DNA of 63,997 bases, the filler included, from Octopus bimaculoides (lineage: Eukaryota): the NCBI RefSeq assembly GCF_001194135.2. It is 4 parts of 4 records of this genome, joined end to end, with 100 filler letters (N's around TTAATTAATTAA, not from the genome) between each part and the next. Parts side by side here need not be neighbours in the genome. Positions count along the whole stretch, not along the records: positions 1 to 21,556 come from NC_068984.1; positions 21,657 to 39,023 come from NC_069001.1; 2 more parts are not named here. One strand, written 5' to 3'. Below the pieces are notes generated by a model. The model had not been told where the DNA came from, did not search any database, and worked only from the letters and a program-made list of their open reading frames with translations. Below are positions 12,700 to 23,922 of this stretch, piece after piece. Numbering within the stretch: position 1 is the stretch's first letter; each line of letters opens with the position of its first letter. The position numbers and the translations under genes are program-made.

Positions 12700-13330
12700 A
12701 TGTAAGCTCTGTGCATAAAATTTGTCCCACAAAGGAAGTCCAATGGTCAAAAGATATTATTTCCAAAGTTCTGAGACGAAGAACAAAGATCATAAATCGT
12801 TTAAATGTACACCAAGCTAATGGACAGTGATGCATCCCACTTAAAAATATGCGTTCAGAAATCGAGAGAAATATTTTCAGCATCGCAAAGGAAAAACTCA
12901 GAACAGGAATCCAAGGGTGTAGAAAATATAGGCACAAAGACTCTAACTTTTGCTATAAATTCATAAAAGAATCGATATTAGAGCATTATAAAATAAGATA
13001 ATTGTTCCATAGCAGACCTCTAAAAGACCAAGTGAAATACTGAATGACCGAATCAAAAACGTTTTCTTAGCCCCGATCCAACACATAAATAAAGTGGAAA
13101 AACTCTACAACACTACAGCTCAATACGAGGAAGTGGCAACCATCGGTTACATCGATATAAAGGAAGTTATAATATCAGAAATATAATATCAGAAATTAAA
13201 TGACCTGATATTAGTGAGAAGGTTTGAAGGGTTCCCAAATAATTCTATTGAGACATGTAAAAAGGGGCCTAGCCAAACCAGTTAGAATTCCTTGCAAGTA
13301 TAAAACATTTCAAAGAACTGTTCTATGCAC
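12700..13330 (+). mobile_element. Degraded CR1/L2-type LINE ORF2 fragment (upstream of RT)
   Basis: SKRPSEILNDRIKNVF (like 'AEILNxxFxSVF') and GLKGSQIILLRHVKRGLAKPVRI (like 'GPDG.P.ILLK.C...LAKPL.I'). Confidence 0.55.
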
Positions 13331-13600
13331 AAGGGAAGAAGTAGAGAAAGATGCAATACACACGTACGCACGCGCACTTTGTATATACCAAAATACATGC
13401 ACACACTATGTTGTAATATATATACGTATGCTCGACAAATGCTATTTTGTGTGTCTGATGAAACGTTGCACAGAGGTGCTGAGATATTGCATTCATGAAA
13501 TACACGTTGGAATGACTCTATTGAAATATCAATGATGTTCGCCTGTTGTTTTCCTGTGTGTGGGGGTGGGGTGGGGGTAGTGTATGTGTGCGCACGTGCC

Positions 13601-13770
13601 TTTTATTTGTTTCAGTCATTTGACTGCGGCCATGCTGGAGCACCGCCTTTAGTCGAGCAAATCTTATTCTTTGGAAGCCTAGTACTTATTTTATCGGTCT
13701 CTTTTGACGTAAACACACCAGCATCGGGTGTCAAGCGATGTTGGGGGGACAAACACAGACACAAACACAC

Positions 13771-13845
<75 letters not shown>

Positions 13846-13974
13846 CATATATACGACGGGCTTCTTTCAGTTTCCGTCTACCAAATCCACTCCCAAGGTG
13901 CCACGCAGTAGGAATGAACCCGGAACCATGTGGTTGGTAAGTATACTACTTACCACACACCCACTCCTGCGCCT
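13601..13974 (-). mobile_element. SINE family A with internal deletions
   Basis: Same head (ccactcctgcgcct) and tail (tttgtttcagtcatttgactgcggcc) as 9185-9601. Inserted between the two CR1 fragments. Confidence 0.9.
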
Positions 13975-14469
13975 ATATATATATATNNNNNNNNNNATAT
14001 ATGTTTATGATATGATATGATATGATATGATATATCTCATATAGAAGAAAGATGACCAATAACACGTGTAAGGAAGTATTTATATGGAAAGATGCATTTT
14101 CAACTTAGAAGTTTGATGTTATCAAAAGACTTGACTTCATCATATAAAATACATTCCTTACGTTTGTTAGTTTTTATGTCCCTTTCTTCTGCCATACGTG
14201 CTCCATGATGATCGTTCTTATATTCAACTCTACACCTCTGCACTGCCTAACCTTAATGAAAAAGCTAGAGCTGAATATTCCTATTTCTCTGAACACTACT
14301 CGGTGGCTATACTTCGCATGCAGAAGCATTTTATAACCCATTTTTCAAACACACACACACACACACACACACACGAACTTACCCCTCTGACTTCATATCA
14401 GGAAAGTCATGTAACAAATTATCAGAGGGTAACTAATTACGTTCTTAGAAGAAAATGATTTATTAGCTG

Positions 14470-14830
14470 GTACTCAGCACGCTTTCCGTTCAGCTAGTAG
14501 CTACCGCAAACAGATCTTATACCATCATTCAAATATAAATGTCATATATCTCGACTATGCAAAGACCTTCGACAACGTTGCTCATGAAATGATGTATTCT
14601 AAATTACGTGATCTCGAAATGGTTTGACAAGTATGAGAATAGAGTGGCCGCATGTCTTGTTAAGAGACATAAGTCAGGCTGTTGCATCCAACGGTGCTCT
14701 TTGAAACGTGGCATTGCTTCTGAGTGAATCCGTCTAGGGGCAATCATAAGACCATTACTCTCTCTAGTGGCTTCCTCAGACATGCTCTCAGTTAAACAAA
14801 CAACCAGTTTAGTTTTTCCTCATGTGAATG
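14470..14830 (+). mobile_element. Degraded CR1-type LINE reverse transcriptase fragment
   Basis: QHAFRSASS...NINVIYLDYAKTFDNVAHEMMYSKLRDL matches the CR1 RT motifs 'QHGFRxGRS' and 'DVIYLDFxKAFDKVxH..LL.KL'. It is collinear with 12700-13330 and interrupted by a SINE and microsatellites. Confidence 0.75.
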
Positions 14831-14989
14831 AATATTTCCAGTTATATGGGGATATTTATTCTCATTGTGTAGAAGAGAACGGCTCTCAAAAGAAATAACA
14901 CCTAAGAAAGCAAAACAATAGAACCAAAGAATTTTAAAACAAATATTAACGAACACAAATAAACAATAAATCGAACAGAAAATGACATA

Positions 14990-15180
14990 TAGCTTCCCTA
15001 GCACAGCGAGAAATAGCAACTAAATCTCCCTCAAATCACACCGTCTTATATAAAGCAGGATACATTATCTAGGGCTACATTCTAATGTAGCCCTAGATAC
15101 ATGAGCTAATAACGAGCTAAAGGAAATAATTGAAGTAGACCAATGACAATACTTTAGATCAATATGTTAAGAAGCTGACA
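14990..15180 (-). repeat. Inverted partner of 11462-11677
   Basis: tatctagggctacatt-ct-aatgtagccctagata at 15066-15099; the flanking sequence is collinear with copy 1. Confidence 0.85.
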
Positions 15181-15534
15181 ACAACACACTTGCAGACCGT
15201 AACGTAGCACCATCGTTCGCAAACGTACCTTTGAACAAGAAAACCCTAGATGTGCAACTTTTTGATGAAAGAATCAAAGCATGTCAGTCTTTTGTCTACA
15301 AGACAGACACCAGCATTTCACAATTTATCAGAGTTGTACGAGATGATGAAAGTAATGCAATTGTGCCTTGTTAAAGGCACGGAGGATTTCCTTGTTCAAT
15401 TCATAAAAGATTTAAAGAAAGCCTTAGCGGACACTTTTAGAAATAATACCTTAAAATCAGTGAATGTATTTCACTAGAATTATTATATGTTTACAAGAGC
15501 TTGGCAGGCATCTTCGGCGAGCAAGTCATGCTAC

Positions 15535-15577
15535 TCCAGACTGATGACGAGCAAAGACTCAGAAACATGTCTCTGGA
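15535..15577 (+). ncRNA. Minimal type I hammerhead ribozyme, canonical core
   Basis: tccaga-CTGATGA-c-gag-caaaga-ctc-a-GAAA-catg-TC-tctgga. Perfect 6-bp stem I, 3-bp stem II, palindromic stem III (ACATGT), GUC triplet. Predicted cleavage is after 15571. Confidence 0.8.
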
Positions 15578-16322
15578 TGCAGGCTTAGCTGGGTGGAGGT
15601 GTTTGCCTCCCCCTTGTAAACAGAAGGATCCAGGAAATGTGTCAAGGCTGACAGGAAGCGGTGCAGCTTCCTATGTATAACCAACAGTATTATTATTCCC
15701 TTCAGGGGACTGCCACATTAAGTTGACAGCATACAACTACTTCTTAGCGGACATGTTAAGTGAAATCTCCTCTATTGGGATGGAAGAGGGAGAATGGCAT
15801 CATAAGCATCATTTTTGATTTTAGCCGAAATTGTACGTGACAACTAGTCCATAAGCTAGGTCCTCAATATTTGATAAGATGAAGCACAAGAGTCACAATC
15901 AGAGACATCGGCAGCAGTCTCGATCCCTGACGCTCAGTCACTTTTGTGGTACAATATTGTGAGGGGATTAGCACCAGTGTAACGTTTCGTGGTATGCTGT
16001 GGGAAGGGGTCAGCATGAACATGCAGATCCTCGTGTCTTCGCTAGACAACAAAGCAATACCAGAATGGTATCCTGTGGAAGGAGTTGAGAGAAACTTGGC
16101 ATCCAAAACAGAAACCCCGGTTGCCACAAATGCAGCGGTAAAAAACAATTTAAAAGCTTTCTAGCAATAAAGTTTAAAAGGACAAAGACAGCAACAAATC
16201 CTGAAGATTGGTGGTCCTATATATATAAATTCGGAAATGCTGCTTCTCTTATGTGATGTGCGATGTCACCTGGTCGAGCATACATGGTTTTTGCCAGCAT
16301 TTTCAAATTTATAATCTAGAAT

Positions 16323-16382
16323 ATCATACTGATGACGGAAATGAATTTTTTCACTATTCTGATCTAGAAACGCGTCTATGAT
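16323..16382 (+). ncRNA. Type I hammerhead ribozyme with extended stem II
   Basis: atcata-CTGATGA-c-gga-[23 nt]-tct-a-GAAA-cgcg-TC-tatgat. Perfect 6-bp stem I, palindrome ACGCGT, GUC triplet. Predicted cleavage is after 16376. Confidence 0.7.
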
Positions 16383-16569
16383 TGACTAAGACTGGTTAGT
16401 TTCGTTATTTTTTCTTCTTGTTTTGCCTGTGTGAGTTACAAGTATTGCTATCTGTTGGAGATTTATTTTAGGAGTAGAATTAGCACTTTAACTGCTATTT
16501 CTAAATTTCGGTATGTGGTGAAGCAACTGTTGCTGATCCCTTAATTATGTTTATACATACATACATACA

Positions 16570-16600
<31 letters not shown>

Positions 16601-17111
16601 GCGCGCGCGCGTGTGTGTGTGTGTGTGTATGTCTTTCTGAAGAGTTTACGTTTACTAAATTCCACACGCAAGACATTTATCAACTCGCGATTATAGTAGG
16701 AAAAGCTGACTCAAAACCCCATGCAGTGATATTGAACCCCAAATCACGTAGTCGTCAAACAAACTTATTAACCACACAGCCAAGAATGCTTCGAATACGA
16801 AAATTCATTCCAATCTCGTTATCGCTTAGTCGGTCCTTGTTACCATGCATGTATTTCCAGTTGACTATATTATGCTAATGAGGTCTAATAGACTGAAACA
16901 TGTCTACAGTTGTCCCTTGCATGCAAACAAAAGTGAAAATTTATTTCCCCTTAGCATACCAATAGATTTCAAGAAACTAATTTCTGATTTCTTAAAATCA
17001 TCTCCCCTTTTCTGTGAAGCTTATTAATAATTGCTGCTATAATTTGTTTTCTTTCTCAAACTAAGAAGGAAATTTCAACTAAAGTAAAAAAAGAATCTTT
17101 TCTAGAGCAGC

Positions 17112-17113
<2 letters not shown>

Positions 17114-17142
<29 letters not shown>

Positions 17143-17212
17143 CTTCTTCTTCTTCTTCTTCTTCTTCTTCTTCTTCTTCTTCTTCTTCTTCTTCTTCTTC
17201 TTCTTCTTCTTC
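17114..17212 (+). repeat. (TTC)n microsatellite abutting a gap
   Basis: Directly visible. Confidence 0.95.
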
Positions 17213-17805
17213 NNNNNNNNNNNNNNNNNNNNNNNNNNNNNNNNNNNNNNNNNNNNNNNNNNNNNNNNNNNNNNNNNNNNNNNNNNNNNNNNNNNNNNNN
17301 NNNNNNNNNNNNNNNNNNNNNNNNNNNNNNNNNNNNNNNNNNNNNNNNNNNNNNNNNNNNNNNNNNNNNNNNNNNNNNNNNNNNNNNNNNNNNNNNNNNN
17401 NNNNNNNNNNNNNNNNNNNNNNNNNNNNNNNNNNNNNNNNNNNNNNNNNNNNNNNNNNNNNNNNNNNNNNNNNNNNNNNNNNNNNNNNNNNNNNNNNNNN
17501 NNNNNNNNNNNNNNNNNNNNNNNNNNNNNNNNNNNNNNNNNNNNNNNNNNNNNNNNNNNNNNNNNNNNNNNNNNNNNNNNNNNNNNNNNNNNNNNNNNNN
17601 NNNNNNNNNNNNNNNNNNNNNNNNNNNNNNNNNNNNNNNNNNNNNNNNNNNNNNNNNNNNNNNNNNNNNNNNNNNNNNNNNNNNNNNNNNNNNNNNNNNN
17701 NNNNNNNNNNNNNNNNNNNNNNNNNNNNNNNNNNNNNNNNNNNNNNNNNNNNNNNNNNNNNNNNNNNNNNNNNNNNNNNNNNNNNNNNNNTATATATATA
17801 TATAC

Positions 17806-17836
<31 letters not shown>

Positions 17837-17847
17837 CATGCATGCAT

Positions 17848-17889
<42 letters not shown>

Positions 17890-18954
17890 TCATATATGTG
17901 TGTGTATGAATATATATGTGTCTGTGTTTGTGTGTGTGTGTATGTGTGCATATATACATGTATATATATATATATATAAACACACTGTGTGTATGTGTGC
18001 ACAGACATACAGGCGTACATATGCATATATTTATACATATGGGCACATACAAACACTTTGCAAAAAGTGAATGAATCATATTGGAAACGCGCGCGCACGC
18101 ACATGCAAACACACACACATCTATGCATGCATATATATGTATGCAAGCACACACACGAACACATTTATGAACAAAGAAAACAAGAGAGAGAGGGAGAGGG
18201 GGAGAGAAAGGGAGGGAGTGAGAGAGAGAGAGAGCAGTTTCATTCTGTATTTCATCAGCTCTGCCAGTTCTCGTCCCATTAATGAATGATGCAAACCATA
18301 TATGGAAGTTACTGGTCGACATCGACAATAACATCGCATCAACATAATAACAAAAATAACAACACTCTCAGCTTCAATTAAGACAGTGCCTTGCCTGCTA
18401 GAACTAAAATATACACTTGCCAGGCAATATGCATGCGCACGCATGTGCGCACGCACACAGGCACGCATTTAGACACGCATGCGCGCTTGTGTGCATGCAT
18501 TGAAACTAAAGGCGGAGGCGTAGGAAGTCCCTAGATATAATACAGCAGGATGGTAACAAGGCAAGCTAAGCAAGATATCGACTCATATAGACCCAGTCGC
18601 AACATCAATGAATGTAAACTATTTCACCATTCATAATGTGCTCGGCGCTTTCACTTGAAAGATTCGCCTGGAAAAAGAAAAAGTAGAAAAAAAAAATTAT
18701 GAATAGAACTACGCACGTGCGCGCGCATGCACGAAAATTAATGAATTGAGGCAGCCAGGGTTCGGGGTTCGGGGTTCGGTGCTCGGTGCTACGCTGCTGT
18801 GTATCAACCACACTTTTGGGTGCGTGTATAATAAATGAATGAATAAACAGAATGAATAGTTAAAAGAAAAAAAAAAATATATATATATATGTGGGTGTAG
18901 GGGCATGTGCGTGCATGCGTGTGTGCACCGTGTTCAGGTGAACGTAAGCGTGTG

Positions 18955-19621
18955 ATCGTAACCTGTCATTTAGGTATTAAGGATAATTCTAATCGCGATC
19001 TTTAACTATCTTCTCCCCCACCCCAGGTTCAATCTAGGTCGAACAGACTTTAGATATTCTAGCCGTGACCATTCCATCATTTTCTTCCCTACATACTTTA
19101 TCTAGCACTACATTATCTAATGCGTCTTTCCTTTTTTTTTTTTTTGCCATTTAATAAGGCGACAAAAGGATATAATATAAGAAACATTTGACTGCGATTT
19201 CTAGCAGGCTATGAACTCTATAGAGCTTTCTAAGTTGAAGTAAGTTATTAAAATGACTGAAATTTTGTATGTAACTGATAGATTTTTAAAAATATTTATA
19301 GTTGATACTTATCCTGCAGAATCGTTAGTACACCGGGCAAAATGCTTTGCGGCATCTCGTTCGTCTTTACGTTCTGAGTTCAAATTCTACCGAGGTCGAC
19401 TTTGCCTTTCATCCTTTCGGAGTCGATGAAATAAGTACCAGTTAAGCACTGGTGATCGATGTAATCGAATTATCCCCGTCCCGATCTTTCTGACCTTGAA
19501 ACCAATATTTGTTCTCGGTGGGTATAATCTACAGCAATCTACAGCTGCTTGAACCGAACTCACATACAAAATACGCACTGTACCAAACTCAATATTTGTT
19601 TACAAACTGATGCATAGGTTC

Positions 19622-19671
<50 letters not shown>

Positions 19672-20050
19672 GTCTGTCTTTCTGGCACAAAAAAGTATGT
19701 CGTAGTGGTTTAGACTCAATTCAGTCCTCATCGAGCAAACTTACAATTAAAGATGTCCCAGTTTCTACCTTGCCATCTTCTATCCAGGCATTGTATATCT
19801 ACGACTCTGTTTTAACCCCAACTCAGATCTGACCGATCAAACCTGAGATCGGAGACTTTCCAGCCTTGGCCACCGTAACTTTTATGAGGACATCTTGTGT
19901 ATCTAAAACCACAGAGACTAATGCGTCCTTCCTCATTGTTGGTCTGACTTAGCCCCACGTCAACCCCAATTAAACGGACTTACCAACCTTGACAGTCGCA
20001 ACTTTTATTTGGTCATTGTGTACCTAAGACTACATTATCAAATGCAGTGA
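18955..20050 (+). repeat. Old fragments of the repeat family related to 11462-11677
   Basis: Recurring tatctagcactacattatctaatgcgtc / tgtatctaaaaccacagagactaatgcgtcc / tgtacctaagactacattatcaaatg motifs at ~19100, ~19900 and ~20020. Confidence 0.45.
19312..19510 (+). mobile_element. SINE family B
   Basis: gcagaatcgttagtacaccgggcaaaatgc...ttctgagttcaaattctaccgaggtcgactttgcctttcatcctttcgg. The gagttcaaatt segment is B-box-like. Confidence 0.8.
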
Positions 20051-20199
20051 TCTATAACCTTTATCTTTTCTCAACATATTAAATAAAGTGCTTTAAGTGT
20101 TAGGGCACACCAGCATCTTTTTACAGGTGTATGTGTGTTTGAATGTGTGAGGGATGTGTCTTAAAACTGATTTAAAACAGAGATGGCCGCTCCACGTCT

Positions 20200-20460
20200 T
20201 CTATTTCGCCACAAAGGAATAAACATTCAACGCCGTGGTGTCATAGAAACAATAAAGTTTTCCAATTCATTTGATATTTTCTGCCTTGCCTGAAAACCTC
20301 ACAGCACACCTGTTGACCATATGCGGCATAATAATTAACAACATCTGATCTAATGTGTCCTTCGTTGATTTTTGCAGATTGTTGTGGTGTTGGTTTCGTC
20401 CCGAGTTTGCTCTGAGCAAAAGGACCAAGGATCAAAGGCGTTTTAGCTTTCACAATTCAT
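20200..20460 (-). mobile_element. Possible piggyBac-like transposase C-terminal remnant
   Basis: IRSDVVNYYAAYGQQVCCEV weakly resembles the 'IRYDGVNH......RC..C' cysteine-rich tail. Confidence 0.2.
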
Positions 20461-20994
20461 CCTAACATTTATTTAAACATAACGTAACTTTTTCTTTTTC
20501 TTTTATTTTTGCAGTATTATCTTTTAGGCTGGAGGCTGCCCCTTTACAAAGGTTCTAAGGCTGGTGTGAAAGAGGGAGGACGGTATCCTCAGGCTGGAGA
20601 CCTGTTCTGAATGCTTGCAACAGGGTACTCCCTTAAAGGCACACAAGGTGCCAGGTGGTGTTGTTAAACTGGTCAACGGGATTTTATTACTTTTATGATT
20701 ATATTACTTTATGCGCCTTCTTGTTGCTCTAGTTTATCCTTAGGTTAGACGCGACTCAGAGCGCCAATGGTTAAAAGTATTTCAGGTCTAGTTTATTAAG
20801 AACTTGGACTTAGACTGTCATACTTGTTCAAGGTACATTAGGCCCGAAGAAAAAAAGAAAAAAACATGAACGCCTTGTGTAGTGATTAGGATGTTCGGTT
20901 CACAATCGTAATGTTACAGGTTTATTTCTTGGACCTAGAGGTTTCTCCAGTCTACTCAATTGAAATGAATACTAGCCACCATGTACGGGTACAG

Positions 20995-21079
<85 letters not shown>

Positions 21080-21498
21080 TCCATTTGTCACACTCAGTAT
21101 GTGCCACTGGATCAAAGAGAGTGGGAAAGCCAAGAGAGTGTCTCTGTCTGCTTGCAACTACATAAACATCTAAAACAATATGTGAAAGTTTGGCACATTG
21201 TTACCGAGCCATACTCGCTTACGGGTGACCACTCTCTGCCTGTCTGTGTCTGTCTATCTGCCTGTCTCTCTTTTCTGTGTGTGTGTATATAGGGGCTACT
21301 TAGGCACATATGGACCCCACAAAGCTAATCTTAAGTCGTCTAATTGAAGCATTTATTCACTGAGTGTGCTCAATAGTAAGTAATTAGTTGGGGCTATGAC
21401 CGATGTCACAGTGAAATAAACGGAAAAACTGAGTTTCGAAGATACCATATATAGAAAATATACGCCTATTTAAATTACGGTAATGCAGGTTTGTGTGT

Positions 21499-21556
<58 letters not shown>

Positions 21557-21656
21557 NNNNNNNNNNNNNNNNNNNNNNNNNNNNNNNNNNNNNNNNNNNN
21601 TTAATTAATTAANNNNNNNNNNNNNNNNNNNNNNNNNNNNNNNNNNNNNNNNNNNN

Positions 21657-21716
<60 letters not shown>

Positions 21717-22068
21717 GCATACATACATATCCACATACATACACACCCATTTAAGAAGCAGTCCCTATACAGACACACGCACACACACACACACACACAC
21801 ATACACACTCACATACACACACATATACTCACATACGCACATTCATACACACACATACACGCATATGCACACACACTCAGCAGGCTTCTTTCCTTTCCTT
21901 CGTTTTCATCTTTTTCCCTTCCATTCCACAATAAACATGAAATTTTAATGTGAAACTCTTATATAGCCTTCTGTTTTATACCTTAATTTCCTCAAACGAA
22001 ATGTAATGTAATGTTGGTTCGGTGAGTCTTTATATGTGTGTTCGTATCTGTTCTAATTACATATATGT

Positions 22069-22114
<46 letters not shown>

Positions 22115-22333
22115 AGTGTTTTATGCATGTATCTGCAGTGTGTGAATATCATAGTCTGCATATGTGTATTTCTGAGTGTGTGCCTCTGTCTGCAAAGACA
22201 TATCTGTGTGTACGTATAAACATATATGTGTGTGTGTATACATACATTTATATTTATATATAAATTTATTTATATTGTATACATGCGCATACACACACAC
22301 ATACACACACACACAAGTTTACAAGGACGTACC

Positions 22334-22379
<46 letters not shown>

Positions 22380-22437
22380 GTGTATATGTATATACGTATA
22401 TGCATATATGTATATTTGCATATGTATATAAAGATAC

Positions 22438-22484
<47 letters not shown>

Positions 22485-23125
22485 TATGCATATGTATATA
22501 TGTGTGTGTATGTATGTGTGATATATGTCTATATATATATATAATACATTATATATGTTGTATGTTATAGATCATTACATATTAATGATATATGTGTATG
22601 CGCGCGTGTGTGAGTGTTCTTATTTGTCTTTCTATCTCGTGTGCTCGGATCTATATCAATGTATATGCAGAGATCTGTGAACGTATGTGTGCATATATGC
22701 TTGTATGAATGCATACCTGCATAAGCTTCTGTAAGCGTGTGAGCGTGTATATATGTATATGTGTCTGCATATATAGCCATACGTGAACGTGAAGGCGTAT
22801 ATGTGCGGGAGTGTGTACGATCTTTTACTTAATATTTCATTTCCGAAATAATGAAATTTGGGGAAAAAAAATCATTAAAAAAAAATCATATTTCATATCA
22901 AATTTAATTTTAATTTAAATTAAAAATTGTGTAACGACATATTTATTTATTTCATTTTGTGTTACTTCATTTCATTATATTTTATTCTATTTTATTTTCA
23001 AACTGGTTTTTCATTCGGTATATTTTGCTCGTTTTACTTGTTGAGGAATTTTTTTTTTAATTTTTAAATTATTTTTCGTTTTAAATCTTTTGGTTTTATT
23101 TTTCTTGCACGAATTCTTCGGTGCG

Positions 23126-23163
23126 AATTATAGAGCGCTATATAAGTTCTCGAAGGATTGGTC
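23126..23163 (-). promoter_or_regulatory. Candidate core promoter: CCAAT, heat-shock-element pair, TATA-like boxes
   Basis: Minus strand gaCCAATccTTCgaGAActTATATAgcgctcTATAATtcgc, followed by ~280 nt of A-rich leader-like sequence. Confidence 0.3.
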
Positions 23164-23480
23164 AAATGAGATAGGGTGACGCTCATACAATCTTCGGTTT
23201 TATTAACTACATTAGTGAAATAAATTGGTTTCCACTGAGAATCTTGGAATTCACAGGCTCTAGCTCTTTCATTACTCAAATTATTTAAAAATTTCCACAG
23301 CATCTTTGCGTGTATATATTAATGTTCATATGTACGTATGTATGCATGTATGTACGTATATATGTATGTATGCATCTCTCTATCTAGCTACCTATCAATG
23401 TCTCTGTCTATCTATCTATCTACTTATCTACCTATCTATCTATCTACCTATCTATCTACCTATCTATCTATCTATCTAAC

Positions 23481-23920
23481 TTTTTAGGTCCTCTTTCGTT
23501 TCTATTATTTCAAAATCTTTCTGTAAGGAAGGAACTACTTTCTAAGAAAGATCGTTGAAATGTAGTAAACAAAACGCATGCCAAATTTTGAATTCGGAAC
23601 AGTTTTGCATATTTTTAGAGTTCCGCTTAAAAATCACATTTGCAATGCGCCAGTTAGCTGGTTAATTTCTTTTTATGAGAAGAAATTACCTAAACCATAC
23701 GTATGTGTTGTGTGTGTGCATGTATGTATTATGCATCTGTCTATCAATCTATCTGGCTATTATTCTGTCTATCTATCTATCTATCTATCGATCTAGGTCC
23801 TCTTCTGTTTTTATTATTTGAAATCTTTCTGTAAGGAAGGAACTGCTTTTCATGAAAGGTCATTGAAATGCAGAAAACAAACATATGTCAAAACTTGAAA
23901 TTGAGAAAAGTTTTGCATAT
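23481..23920 (+). repeat. Diverged direct duplication of ~130 bp, each copy preceded by (TATC)n
   Basis: taggtcctctt..aaatctttctgtaaggaaggaact..tgaaatg..gttttgcatatt at ~23484-23613 and ~23794-23920. Confidence 0.85.
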
Positions 23921-23922
23921 TA

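Larger units (their letters stand above)
15183..16400 (+). mobile_element. Possible degraded Penelope-like element (RT remnants plus two HHRs)
   Basis: Broken frames give DRNVAPSFANVPLNKKTLDV (like PLE RT 'DVxSLFTNVPLxETID'), SYV*PTVLLFPS (like 'RYVDDTFxLF') and, with a 1-nt frameshift, QNGYPVEGVERNL (like the 'NGYP' thumb motif). The matches are weak and heavily decayed. Confidence 0.35.

Noticed and set aside
13449-13472. tgtgt-CTGATGAAACGTT-gcaca, resembling an HHR with stem II deleted
   Set aside because: It lacks stem II and a separate GAAA, and the stem relies on low-complexity TG sequence; it could be chance.
18225-18265. Minus-strand CTGATGA...GAAA before a (CT)n tract
   Set aside because: There is no valid stem II, stem III or NUH triplet.
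21601-21612. TTAATTAATTAA islands inside N runs (also 39068-39079 and 51952-51963)
   Set aside because: This is a six-frame stop linker of the kind inserted during scaffolding; it is an assembly artefact, not biology.
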